DNA of 64,000 nucleotides from an uncultured Ignavibacteriaceae bacterium (GCA_964581115.1 CAZOMY010000001.1:325190-389189); one strand, 5' to 3'; shown: positions 46,535 to 56,372, numbered from the stretch's first letter. Notes: generated by a model not told the origin, from the letters alone. Numbers and translations: made by a program.

Positions 46535-47757
46535 CCTTTCAGCTCCGGAATGACCCCGTTGACGCGCGCGGGCTTGAAGAGATCATATAGAACCAGGCCG
46601 ACAGCACCCAAAAGAACGCCGTCGCTCCGAAGCTGTGCCGAACGGACCGTCACCGCCTTGGCCGGCTCGGGAAGATGGTCACGGCTCAGCTTCTCCTGGA
46701 CGAGGGCGGCCACCTCCGGCTCGGCAGCGATCGAGCCGCCAAGAACGATCATGGCCGGATTCAGCAAGTTGATGATGCCGATGCAGACGGCGGCCACCGC
46801 CGAGGTGGCTTCCTCGATGATCTTCTTGGCGAGCCCATCTCCGGCTCGAACTGCCCGCACGATCGCCTCGACCGTGGCGACCTCCGGGGAGCCTCCATGC
46901 GATCGATAGGCCATCATGAGCGATGAGTCGCCGAGCAATGCTCCGAGATCATACTGACCGTGATACAGCAACGGGAATCGGTCGGGCCTGGCAAGCTCAT
47001 AACCCACTTCATTGTAGCCGATCTCTCCCGCACTCGAGGTGCGGCCGTGCAATATCTTTCCGTCGACGATGATTCCCGTGCCGATGCCGTCCCCCACCCA
47101 GAAGAAGACCTGGTCGGCGATCTGCCGTCCTGCGCCGAAGAGGTACTCGGCAAGCGTCATGGCTTTGACATCATTCTCGACAAAGACCGGCAGTCCAAGC
47201 GCATGTCCGAACACCGTCTTGAGGTTGGTTCCCTTCCACCCTTTCAGTGTGTCGGCCACTCTCAGAATGCCGGTCTCACGGTCGATGATACCAGGCAATC
47301 CGACACCCAACCCGACGCTTCGGTCAAAGAGGGTTGGAGATTCCTTGCGCCAGGTTTCGAGATGGTCCAGGATACGACCGATCACCGTCTTGGGCGGATC
47401 GCCGGGTGTGATGTCGAACGCATCGCGCTGCAGGATGTTCGCGTTCATGTCGGTCGCGACGATCTGGACAGAACGCATGCGAATGTCGACGCCAAGGACG
47501 GTGCCGGCTCTTGGATTGAAACGCAGGAGCTCACGCTTGCGTCCCCCTCGGCTTGTGGAGGTACCCTCGCCGACCGGCTCAAGGAACCCACCGTCCAGGA
47601 ATCTGCCGACGATCTCGGTGACTGTGGTCTTCGAGAGGGAGCAACGCTGGGAGATCTCGGTGCGCGAGATGGGACTCGAGTCCCGGACGAGTCGGAGAAT
47701 GCGGTACTCGTTCGGTTCGTCGAAGGCGCTTCTTCGTTCGGCCAGTCTACGCCACAC
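46531..47757 (-). CDS. ROK-family transcriptional regulator (NagC/Mlc/XylR-like: wHTH plus sugar-kinase-like sensor domain)
   Basis: The N-terminal wHTH is ILRLVRDSSPISRTEISQRCSLSKTTVTEIVGRFLDGGFL. The ROK body has LGVDI, GWKGTNL, GDGIGTGIIVDG and a C.C-lacking regulator-type tail. The start is GTG at 47757. Confidence 0.8.
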   Translation of the reverse strand: MWRRLAERRSAFDEPNEYRILRLVRDSSPISRTEISQRCSLSKTTVTEIVGRFLDGGFLEPVGEGTSTSRGGRKRELLRFNPRAGTVLGVDIRMRSVQIVATDMNANILQRDAFDITPGDPPKTVIGRILDHLETWRKESPTLFDRSVGLGVGLPGIIDRETGILRVADTLKGWKGTNLKTVFGHALGLPVFVENDVKAMTLAEYLFGAGRQIADQVFFWVGDGIGTGIIVDGKILHGRTSSAGEIGYNEVGYELARPDRFPLLYHGQYDLGALLGDSSLMMAYRSHGGSPEVATVEAIVRAVRAGDGLAKKIIEEATSAVAAVCIGIINLLNPAMIVLGGSIAAEPEVAALVQEKLSRDHLPEPAKAVTVRSAQLRSDGVLLGAVGLVLYDLFKPARVNGVIPELKG

Positions 47758-48225
47758 GGGTAGATCTGCAGGAGAAGTATTGGTTTGTCAACCTGACGAA
47801 CAAACCCAATTTGCCATCCTAACTTCAGTCTGTCAAGTTAATTCCTCTGAGTTCAATTCCCAATCATGAGACAGGTTGCACCTCATGACTGACCGACGCA
47901 GTCCGCCCTATACGATGCGTCCACACAAGTCCCTGCCATATTCCTGACCCAGAGCCACCTCGACGAAATGCCGCTGGATCGAGCCCATCGGCCGAGGAAC
48001 ATCTCGGCCAGGACGACCCCCGCACCACCCTTGCGCGTGGATGAACTCAGCAAGCATTTCTCCACTCCATCGCACTGTTCTCCCCCAGGTCCCCTCCAAG
48101 GATCATTCTCAGATCTGTTCCTCCTTCCCTCCACCTACGGTGCGCAGTGTGAACTTCATTTCTACCAACCGGGGTTCTCCACAGACACTCCTTCTCTTGT
48201 TGCTCTTCCGATCTCCCTCGATGCT
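47758..48225. promoter_or_regulatory. Long (468 bp), lower-GC, CT-rich intergenic region upstream of the ROK-regulator operon
   Basis: There is no convincing ORF with sensible codon bias. The composition differs noticeably from the coding flanks (long CT-rich tracts, TTGTCAACCTGACGAACAA). It presumably carries the promoter/operator of the ROK-GHL10-TonB operon. An ncRNA cannot be excluded. Confidence 0.4.
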
Positions 48226-50448
48226 CTATTGCTCCTCGATGACCATGATCGTGTTCGCTACCGCCCTCTCGCCAGTCCGGTCAGATGGACTGTTCACGAT
48301 CTGACCCTCCACCACCATCGTCGTCGAGCCTCCTCCGTCCAGATTCACCGCATTCCATGCGCCTATCGATCTCAGAAACCTGGCCATCTCCCTGAAATCC
48401 ATTCCGATGCTCGAGGCTTGCCGCCCGTCGACGGTGCCGAGGTAGAGCACCGACGAATCCTCACTCATGCCGACGAATGTCCGTGGATGTCGATCGGTCG
48501 TGAACTTGATACCGATCCCCTCGCGCCGATGCTCTTCGTTGTCGACGTTTCGTCCATCCCTCAGGATACGTCCACCGGCTCCGACGACCTCATCGAGCAT
48601 CTCCTCGTTCTCCCACAGTCGCAACGACACGAGCACGGTATCACCTTTCTGGAGGACCGGTTCGCCCCCCTTCATCGACGACCAGACCCATGAGTCCCCC
48701 GAGATCGCCGCATTGCCGTCCATGCCGACACGGTCGACGATGAACTTCCCCATTCCATTGGGCCTGGGTTCAGCCACGGGCCTCAACACCATCTCGCACG
48801 TTCCTTTGATCGTGCGTGTGCTCGGACCCCAACGAGCATTGTACATCACTGTTCCGGAAGAATCGAGCAGATCGTTGATCGCTCGCACCGGGACCATGAC
48901 GCCCCGCGACGTCGACACGCTGCCCTTGAAACTCATCGGGTCCATCACCGGCCGCCGAGCCGACGTCACTGCGAAATGACTCCGTCTGGACGGTAGTCCG
49001 ACGACCCATGCACCCCGCGATGCCTGGCTCCCGACGGGCCAGTGCGTCTTGAAGGAGAAAAAGTCGGCATTGACCGCACCGATGACCTTTGCTCCTTTCG
49101 CCTCCCGGCGACGCACTTGCTCTGTGGTGGTCCGCAAGCTATCGGCTCTGAACGTCTCAATGCGCACTCCCTTCTGCTTCAGGTCGACCTCGAGGACGTT
49201 CAGCGTGTACGGGCCTTCGAGCGTGATCGAATGGTGACGGACACCCTTGCGCACCATTCGCACGTCGAACCGGTCATTGTGCGCCAGTGGATAGAGAGCG
49301 CGACTCTGGTACACTTCCTTCTTCAAGGTCTGTAGGAGACCCGCATCCCGAAGGTCATTGAAGTACCAGAACGCATGTCCGGTCGGCGTGTATCGGCGGG
49401 CGATCTTCACCAACCGCATAACCTCATTGGAGGTCAAGGCTTTGCCTCCGGGCTTAACCGCCAGTCCCGATGTCGTACGCCTCCGCAGTGAATCCGCAAG
49501 CGGTCGAAGCGCTGAGGTCACCAATCGTTCGAATTCCTCAGGCTGCGCATACATTTGGATCTGGACGAGCTCGACCGAGCCGTCCTTCAACCACTGGCGC
49601 CAGTCCTGGAGGTATTCCTCGTACGAACCGTATTCATCGCCGGTCGTGTAGTGACCCGGCGCGTTCGAAACGACGATGCGGGGGTTGGCCCGCTTGATGC
49701 GCTGAAACGCGATCCGTTGAAACTCAACGATGCGGTCGGCTCGCCACCGCATCCACTCGAGTTCTGAAAAATCCATCGGCGGCTGCGCGCCAGCATGGCC
49801 TTGGGCGTACAACGTCACCGTGGTCGAATCGTATCCGCAGTCGTTCCTGGGATAGCGAATACGGTCGAGCTCGATGCCATCGACGTCGTACTCGTCTGCC
49901 ACCTCTGCGTGAAGGTCGGCCAGGAATGACTGCACCGCCGGCTGACTGTGGGCCATCCAGTAGAATGTTCCGACGTGACCGCTGACATATTCTGCGCTCC
50001 CCTTGGAATCGCGCGCCAGCCATTCAGGATGCCTTCGAAAGATCGGACCCAGCGGTAAGGAGTCGATGCCGTTGCCCGACCACCACCCTACAAAACCGTA
50101 TTCCATCCACGCCTCAATGTGCAGGCCGGCTTCGTGGGCCGCATCGACCGCCTCGGCCAGAATATCCCGTTCGCCGGCCGCAGGGTCCGTAGAAAACCCG
50201 AATTCGCTCTGGAACAACCGGCTCCGCCACAGCGGCCATCCGCGCGACCAGGCCAGGAAGTAAACAGTATTGAAATTCGCGTCGGCCGTCTGCTTCATCG
50301 CGATCCGGATCTCTTCGCGACTCCATAGTCGGGACCCTTCGCGGGGGGTCATCCAGAGGCCTCGCAGTTCTCGTTCCTGGGAATCAGCGACCCCGGCGAT
50401 CAGAACAAAGACGAGTGACAATCGGACGAAACGAGCTGCGGCGTTCAT
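48226..50448 (-). CDS. Fusion: GHL10 (PF02638-like) domain plus a C-terminal phosphodiester glycosidase (NAGPA-like, PF09992) domain; secreted
   Basis: The N-terminal half is a paralog of the 44558..46534 gene (ELRGLWMTP, NFNTVYFLAWSRGWPLWRS, EAWMEYGF, DVDGIELDRIRYP). The C-terminal ~300 aa end in FLRSIGAWNAVNLDGGGSTTMVV, the hallmark of phosphodiester alpha-GlcNAcase-like domains. The start was chosen at the verified ATG 50448 (signal peptide MNAAARFVRLSLVFVLIAGVADSQ). Confidence 0.75.
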   Translation of the reverse strand: MNAAARFVRLSLVFVLIAGVADSQERELRGLWMTPREGSRLWSREEIRIAMKQTADANFNTVYFLAWSRGWPLWRSRLFQSEFGFSTDPAAGERDILAEAVDAAHEAGLHIEAWMEYGFVGWWSGNGIDSLPLGPIFRRHPEWLARDSKGSAEYVSGHVGTFYWMAHSQPAVQSFLADLHAEVADEYDVDGIELDRIRYPRNDCGYDSTTVTLYAQGHAGAQPPMDFSELEWMRWRADRIVEFQRIAFQRIKRANPRIVVSNAPGHYTTGDEYGSYEEYLQDWRQWLKDGSVELVQIQMYAQPEEFERLVTSALRPLADSLRRRTTSGLAVKPGGKALTSNEVMRLVKIARRYTPTGHAFWYFNDLRDAGLLQTLKKEVYQSRALYPLAHNDRFDVRMVRKGVRHHSITLEGPYTLNVLEVDLKQKGVRIETFRADSLRTTTEQVRRREAKGAKVIGAVNADFFSFKTHWPVGSQASRGAWVVGLPSRRSHFAVTSARRPVMDPMSFKGSVSTSRGVMVPVRAINDLLDSSGTVMYNARWGPSTRTIKGTCEMVLRPVAEPRPNGMGKFIVDRVGMDGNAAISGDSWVWSSMKGGEPVLQKGDTVLVSLRLWENEEMLDEVVGAGGRILRDGRNVDNEEHRREGIGIKFTTDRHPRTFVGMSEDSSVLYLGTVDGRQASSIGMDFREMARFLRSIGAWNAVNLDGGGSTTMVVEGQIVNSPSDRTGERAVANTIMVIEEQ

Positions 50449-50574
50449 GGTTGTTCTTCGAATGTGTCGATGCGGTGACGGATGATACGTACAATTGCGA
50501 CCTGGTGAAAGACTGCGGTGGATGAACGGTCGAGGTTGTACATTCAAACAACCCTCTCTTCCAGGAGCCATCCC

Positions 50575-51051
50575 ATGCGAAGACCGTTTGTCTCCCTCTT
50601 CCTCCTCATGTCCATCGCGTCGGCACTGGCCGGCCAACCTGTCCGCTGCACGTCATTCAACGATCTTCTGACGTCGCTCAAGGATGGTTGGAGCGTTCGG
50701 ATGACCATCGAATACGCCAAATGCCGTCTCGTCATCGATTCCGTCGAACAACGGTCTCCTGAGGCGGTCGGTGGAATGACCATCGATACCTACGAGTACT
50801 TCGCCCGAGGAGTCGTCAGAAACGCCAAAGCGTATCTTGCAACATCCGAGACGCACCTTATCAGCCATCCACGTTACGGCTACGTCCTCAATTATGTCCG
50901 CCTCCGGATCTATGAGGACGATGCCGTTGAGATCGTCGCCCGCTATCTGAACCCGTCGTCATATGCCGTTGTGATGGACGAGACCTTCTTCGGAGCGATC
51001 TCCGACGGATCGGACAGCAACGGACTTCATCTCTACCGTTCTCAGCCGTGA
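50575..51051 (+). CDS. Small secreted hypothetical protein (~158 aa)
   Basis: The verified ATG at 50575 is preceded by AGGAG 8 nt upstream. The signal peptide is MRRPFVSLFLLMSIASALAGQ. The stop overlaps the GTG at 51048 of the downstream GH27 reading frame. No family was recognised. Confidence 0.5.
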   Translation: MRRPFVSLFLLMSIASALAGQPVRCTSFNDLLTSLKDGWSVRMTIEYAKCRLVIDSVEQRSPEAVGGMTIDTYEYFARGVVRNAKAYLATSETHLISHPRYGYVLNYVRLRIYEDDAVEIVARYLNPSSYAVVMDETFFGAISDGSDSNGLHLYRSQP

Positions 51052-51074
51052 ATCCCCGTTGGAGGAGCGACAGC

Positions 51075-53348
51075 ATGCGCACTCATTCCGTGACTGCGGC
51101 GATCGTTCTTCTTGCCGCGGGTCTGACAAGCCAGCCTATGACGGTCCCGATCTCCGGACCCTGGCGCTTCTCGCCGGTGGACCACCCCGACCACGCCGGC
51201 GCCGACCTCTCCGATGCCTCGTGGCCGCTGATCCGCACGGGAAGCAGTTGGGAGAGGCAGGGATTTGACAAGCTCGACGGCCATGTGTGGTATCGTACCC
51301 GCGTTGTCATTCCCACAACACTCCGCGACGGGGCAACGATCAAGGAGGCGATCCGATTAGAACTCGGCATGGTCGACGATATCGATCAAACTTTTCTGAA
51401 CGGAGCGCTCATCGGGGTGAATGGGAGCGACATGCCTCCCGGGACACCCGCCGATACCGGGTCGCTGTCTCCGTACGGCTCAAAATGGAACACCGCAAGG
51501 TCATACACCATCCGAATCGATGACCCGCGGATACGCTGGAATGCCGAGAACGTTCTCGCCGTCCGTGTTTATGATGGCGGAGGTCCTGGAGGCCTCTGGT
51601 CGGGACAGCCACACTTCCGCGCCATGACGCTCGCGGATGTGTTGCTGATCGGACATGCGGACGAGCCCTTCCGTGAGATCGACGGAGCCCTCCAGAAGAC
51701 GTTCAACATCCTCAATCGCTCATCATCGGTCCGCATGCATGGCTCGCTCGTCATTCGGGTCGTCGATGGTATCGACGGTGCGGAACTCTCGAGAACGACT
51801 CGGCCGATCGTGCTGGAGCCCGCGACATCGTTGCCGGTGACGACACAGCTGGCACAACCTGAACGATCGACACTCCTCGTGTATCAGGCTTCGGTGGAAG
51901 GATATGGCGAAACCGTTCGGTCCCAAGATGAAGTGCCGTACGTGATGACTCCCAGACCGGGCGACGCTCCCCGCATCAACGGGCCATCAGTCGTCGGCGC
52001 GCGGCCCGGACGACCCTTCGTGTTTCGCATTCCGGCAAGCGGCAAACGTCCGATGCTCTTCGGCGTCGACGGACTTCCAGTCGGCCTTTCTGTGGACAGT
52101 ACAAAAGGCGTTATCGCAGGCCGCACACCAGCGCGGGGTGTCTATGCATTGAAGATCAGCGCACAGAACGCTCACGGGCACGACAACCGCGTTCTAACGC
52201 TGAAGGTGGGCGACGAGCTGGCGCTGACTCCACCGATGGGCTGGAACAGTTGGAACGTTTGGGGTTTGACGGTCGACCAGGAGAAGGTGATCGCCTCGGC
52301 CCGCGTGTTCGAGGAGAAGGGCCTTGCCGATCACGGCTGGTCGTACATCAACATCGATGATGGATGGGAGATCAAGGGAGACGATCCGCGCCCCAAGCGT
52401 CATCCCGACGGCTTGATCGTCGTCAATGAGAAGTTTCCTGACATGAAGGCTCTCGGAGACAGTCTGCACGCACTAGGTCTGAAGTTCGGGATCTATTCGT
52501 CGCCGGGACCGCTGACGTGCGGGGGCTACACGGCCAGTTACGGCTACGAAGCGCACGACGCTCGATCATACGCCGCTTGGGGCATCGACTACCTCAAGTA
52601 CGATTGGTGTTCCTACGACCGCATCGCCAAGGACAGATCGCGGGCTGAGCTGATGAAGCCATACGCCCTGATGCGGAGCAACCTTGACTCCGTTGACCGA
52701 GACATCGTCTACAGCCTGTGTCAATATGGGATGGGTAATGTTTGGGAATGGGGCGCCCAGGTGGGAGGCAACCTGTGGCGCACGACGGGAGACATCGTCG
52801 ACACGTGGGAAAGCATGAGCGGCATCGGTTTCAACCAGGTGGCGAACGCACCCTTTGCCGGTCCAGGCCACTGGAATGACCCGGACATGCTCGTCGTGGG
52901 TTGGGTCGGCTGGGGTCCCCGTCTCCACCCGACGCGACTGACGCCCGATGAACAATACACGCACATCAGCCTCTGGAGCCTTCTGTCAGCCCCCTTATTG
53001 ATCGGTTGCGACCTGACGCGGGTCGATGCGTTCACGCTGAATCTGCTGACGAACGACGAGGTGCTGGCGATCGACCAGGATGCGTTGGGACGTCAGGCGA
53101 CGCCGGTCCTCGTTCGTGACAGCATCCAAATCTGGACGAAGCCGCTGGCCGACGGATCGGAGGCGGTAGGAGTGTTCAACCTTTCCTCGACAGGCCTTCA
53201 GGTCTCTTTCGACCTGCGCGATGTAGGTCTGCCTGAGAGCGTGACGCTAAGGGACCTCTGGCGTCAGCGGCTCGCCGGCACGTTCTCCCGGCGCGCAACA
53301 TTCGAGGTGCCCCGTCACGGGGTCGTACTGTTGAAGTCCGTTCGATGA
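51075..53348 (+). CDS. Glycoside hydrolase family 27 alpha-galactosidase / alpha-N-acetylgalactosaminidase-like enzyme with an N-terminal beta-sandwich and a cadherin-like Ig domain
   Basis: The GH27 core motifs are PPMGWNSWNVWG, YINIDDGWE and LKYDWC. The N-terminal domain resembles a GH2-type sugar-binding jelly roll (DGHVWYRTR). The start was chosen at the verified ATG 51075 (signal MRTHSVTAAIVLLAAGLTSQ), preceded by GGAGGAG 7 nt upstream. The ORF opens at GTG 51048. Confidence 0.85.
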   Translation: MRTHSVTAAIVLLAAGLTSQPMTVPISGPWRFSPVDHPDHAGADLSDASWPLIRTGSSWERQGFDKLDGHVWYRTRVVIPTTLRDGATIKEAIRLELGMVDDIDQTFLNGALIGVNGSDMPPGTPADTGSLSPYGSKWNTARSYTIRIDDPRIRWNAENVLAVRVYDGGGPGGLWSGQPHFRAMTLADVLLIGHADEPFREIDGALQKTFNILNRSSSVRMHGSLVIRVVDGIDGAELSRTTRPIVLEPATSLPVTTQLAQPERSTLLVYQASVEGYGETVRSQDEVPYVMTPRPGDAPRINGPSVVGARPGRPFVFRIPASGKRPMLFGVDGLPVGLSVDSTKGVIAGRTPARGVYALKISAQNAHGHDNRVLTLKVGDELALTPPMGWNSWNVWGLTVDQEKVIASARVFEEKGLADHGWSYINIDDGWEIKGDDPRPKRHPDGLIVVNEKFPDMKALGDSLHALGLKFGIYSSPGPLTCGGYTASYGYEAHDARSYAAWGIDYLKYDWCSYDRIAKDRSRAELMKPYALMRSNLDSVDRDIVYSLCQYGMGNVWEWGAQVGGNLWRTTGDIVDTWESMSGIGFNQVANAPFAGPGHWNDPDMLVVGWVGWGPRLHPTRLTPDEQYTHISLWSLLSAPLLIGCDLTRVDAFTLNLLTNDEVLAIDQDALGRQATPVLVRDSIQIWTKPLADGSEAVGVFNLSSTGLQVSFDLRDVGLPESVTLRDLWRQRLAGTFSRRATFEVPRHGVVLLKSVR

Positions 53349-53451
53349 GTCGACAGGGCATAGCGGAGGCTTCGCTGGCGACTTCTCTCATTCACCCATG
53401 AGCATGACCTGTGGGGTTAAACGAAGCGGGCCGGCGGGCGTCCAATGTTGT

Positions 53452-56331
53452 ATGGGCGTGATCCGATGGCGTGTTTCTCGAGTATTCTGGCTGGTCGCCG
53501 GCATGACAGCCATGGCATCGTCGCAAACGGCCGAAGTGCTGGGCCGGGTCGTCGACTCCACGACAGGGACGGGCATTCGGGATGTCTCTGTCATGTTGCG
53601 GCGAGATGATGGTCCTTCGTTGCCTCTCGGCACGATCACTGCACCCGACGGTTCGTACCGGTTCGGTTTCGTCGTATACGGCCGATACCGCCTCATCCTG
53701 AGCCATATCGCCTGTGACACGCTCCGTCGGTCGGTCTTCATCGGCGCGTCATCGGTGGACCTCGGAACGTCGCGGCTTCGGGAGAGAATGGTACCCGAGA
53801 GGGAGGTTGTGGTACGTGGTGTGCCGCCGCCGGTCGAGCAAATCGGAGACACGACGCAGTTTTACGCCGACGCTTTTGCAGTGAACAAGGATGCCAGCGC
53901 GGAGGATCTCGTCTCCAAGCTGCCAGGCTTAACGATGGAGGGCACGAGCGTGCGTTCGCAGGGTGAGGACATCCGGCAGGTGCTCGTTGATGGCAGGCAG
54001 TTCTTCAGCGACGATCCGATGATCGCCCTGCGCAACCTCCCCGCTGAGATCATCGAACGGGTGCAAGTTTACGACAAACTGAGCGATCAGGCGGAGCTTA
54101 CGGGCTTTGACGATGGCCAGTCGGTCCGGACGATGAACATCATTACCCGTCTGAATCGAAGACAGGGCATGTTCGGCAAGACATCGGGGGGCTACGGTAC
54201 CGATGCCCGGTACGCCACCGTGGGCACGGTGCACGACTTCGACAACGACAGGCGCCTCTCGTTGTTCGGGATCAGCAACAATGTCAACCAGCAGAACTTC
54301 ACGATGCAGGATATCCTGGGTGTTCTGCGAAGCAACACCGCCGGACGCGGCATGTTGGGCGGAGGCCGTTTCGGCGGAGGACTCGGAGGACAACGACCCG
54401 GCGGCGGACGGGTGCTGGAGATGCTCTCGAACGCGGCGGTCCTTCAGCGCGGAGCGGCGGGACTTGCCGACTTCCTTATCGGCGAGCAGGGCGGTCTCAA
54501 CACGACGCACTCGCTCGGCGCCACGTATGGCAATGCGTGGAACGGCGGCTTGGAGCTCAACGGCAACTACTTCGTCAACCGCGTCGAGCATCGCGCGTCG
54601 GAGACGCTTGAGCGGGTCACGGCAACCACCAACGCCGATTCGGCACGCGTCTACGCCGAAGAGAACGAGGCCCGCAACGCCAACACAAATCACCGTGCCA
54701 TGCTGCGCACCCAGGTCCCGATCGACGAGCTGACCACGCTCGTTGTGCATCCCCGGTTCAGCGTCCAGGTGAACGAGGCCTCTGACCTGACCTTTGGACG
54801 CAATGCGATCGGATCAGCGCTCCTGAACACGTCGGAGGTTTCGTCGAGCTCCCAGAACGACGGCTGGAACGGGTCGTTCACGGCGGTCATGCGGCGCCGG
54901 TCGGACATCCCCGGTCGATCCTTGTCGGTACAGGTCGCAGGATCCTTCTCCGATCGGGGCAGCGATCGTTCGATGGAGGCTTCGACAGCCTTCCCCGCTG
55001 CCGGCGGCGGCTCCGCGACGATCGTATCGCAGAAAAGCACCCGCGCCAGCTCCGGTTCGACAGTCCGCGGCTCCGTGACCCTGACCGAGCCGGTCATGGT
55101 CAACGGTCTGGTTCAGGCCACGTACGCGGCGTCGACCTCCGGATCGTCAAGCGAACGTCTCACGTATGCGCTCGATTCCGTCACGCAGACCTTCGCGATC
55201 CTGCGCAACGATCTCTCAAGTGAAGGAAAGAACCGGGAGACCTCGCACCGCGCCGGTTTCGGATTTCGCTACGGAAGCCCCGATGGCTTCCGGGCCATGG
55301 TATCCGCCGATGTGGAGTGGGCTCGTATGTCGGCCGATCTTCGGATCCCCGTCGCCGAGCGGGTCAATCGCCGTTTCCGCACATTCCTTCCGATCGCCTC
55401 CGTGAGCTATAGGTTCTCCGGACTCGCCTCGGTGCAGGCGCAGTTGCGGTCGTCCACGCAGACGCCCTCGGCTACTCAGCTTCAGCGGGGGGTTGACAAT
55501 ACCAATCCCGTTCAACTGACCACGGGGAATCCGAAACTGGCGCAATCGGTTGTCACCTCATTCATCGTGCGACTGGGCCTTCCAAATCCTCTCGCGATGA
55601 CCAGCGTCTTCGCGACGCTGATCGCTTCGGAGACGAACGACGCGATCGTGAATGACGTAACGCTTGCTTCGGCTGATACAACATTGCCGGGTGGCATCGT
55701 CCTCCACCCCGGGACTCAACTGACGCGGCCGGTCAATATCGATGGCCAGCGCTCACTTCGGGGATTCCTGACCTACGGATTCCCGGTCCACTGGCTTGGA
55801 AGCAACCTGAACTTGATCGCGGACATCACAGCCAGCAGAACGCCCGCCGTGCTGAATGGCGCCACCAATTGGGCGATGGGGACCACGTATTCCGGCGGGT
55901 TCACGCTCGTCAGCACGTTCAGCCAAGATGTCGACCTGACCTTATCGTATGCCGGCAACCACACCACAAACACCAACTCGCTGCTGACGGCCTACGACGA
56001 GGCGTACGACTCGCATCGCGCAGGACTTCGCGCATCGGTTACTTTGTGGGACAACGTTGTTCTGCGCACAGATGCCACATACCGTCAGTCCTCTGGTCGC
56101 CGTGCTTCGTACCGGCAGGAGTACCTCGTTTGGAACGGAGGCATCGGCATCCGACTTTTCAGCCGAGGTCAGGGTGAGATCACCTTAAGTGTATTTGACA
56201 TCCTCGAGCAGAATACCAACCTGAGTATCAATACGACGGACCTGTACACGGAGACCCAGTCGACCAACGCCCTTGGTCGGCATTTTCTGCTGACGTTCAG
56301 CTACACGTTAAGGGCCTTCGACAGTATGTAG
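53452..56331 (+). CDS. Large outer-membrane beta-barrel protein, TonB-dependent-receptor-like (CarboxypepD_reg N-domain; OMP_b-brl_3-type)
   Basis: ~960 aa. The signal peptide is followed by AEVLGRVVDSTTGTGIRDVSVML...APDGSYRFGFVVYGRYRL, a carboxypeptidase-regulatory-like domain. A plug-like region is present (DLVSKLPGLTMEG). A long Gly/Asn-rich barrel follows. The ATG at 53452 was verified. Confidence 0.7.
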   Translation: MGVIRWRVSRVFWLVAGMTAMASSQTAEVLGRVVDSTTGTGIRDVSVMLRRDDGPSLPLGTITAPDGSYRFGFVVYGRYRLILSHIACDTLRRSVFIGASSVDLGTSRLRERMVPEREVVVRGVPPPVEQIGDTTQFYADAFAVNKDASAEDLVSKLPGLTMEGTSVRSQGEDIRQVLVDGRQFFSDDPMIALRNLPAEIIERVQVYDKLSDQAELTGFDDGQSVRTMNIITRLNRRQGMFGKTSGGYGTDARYATVGTVHDFDNDRRLSLFGISNNVNQQNFTMQDILGVLRSNTAGRGMLGGGRFGGGLGGQRPGGGRVLEMLSNAAVLQRGAAGLADFLIGEQGGLNTTHSLGATYGNAWNGGLELNGNYFVNRVEHRASETLERVTATTNADSARVYAEENEARNANTNHRAMLRTQVPIDELTTLVVHPRFSVQVNEASDLTFGRNAIGSALLNTSEVSSSSQNDGWNGSFTAVMRRRSDIPGRSLSVQVAGSFSDRGSDRSMEASTAFPAAGGGSATIVSQKSTRASSGSTVRGSVTLTEPVMVNGLVQATYAASTSGSSSERLTYALDSVTQTFAILRNDLSSEGKNRETSHRAGFGFRYGSPDGFRAMVSADVEWARMSADLRIPVAERVNRRFRTFLPIASVSYRFSGLASVQAQLRSSTQTPSATQLQRGVDNTNPVQLTTGNPKLAQSVVTSFIVRLGLPNPLAMTSVFATLIASETNDAIVNDVTLASADTTLPGGIVLHPGTQLTRPVNIDGQRSLRGFLTYGFPVHWLGSNLNLIADITASRTPAVLNGATNWAMGTTYSGGFTLVSTFSQDVDLTLSYAGNHTTNTNSLLTAYDEAYDSHRAGLRASVTLWDNVVLRTDATYRQSSGRRASYRQEYLVWNGGIGIRLFSRGQGEITLSVFDILEQNTNLSINTTDLYTETQSTNALGRHFLLTFSYTLRAFDSM

Positions 56332-56372
56332 CTGCCTTCGAGGCACATAACGCCCCTTCCTCACAGCCGACA

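Noticed and set aside
47883-48134. 83-aa minus-strand ORF inside the long 47758..48225 intergenic region
   Set aside because: It has no start-proximal ribosome-binding signal or recognisable family, and its composition resembles non-coding sequence. The region is reported as regulatory/unknown rather than as a CDS.
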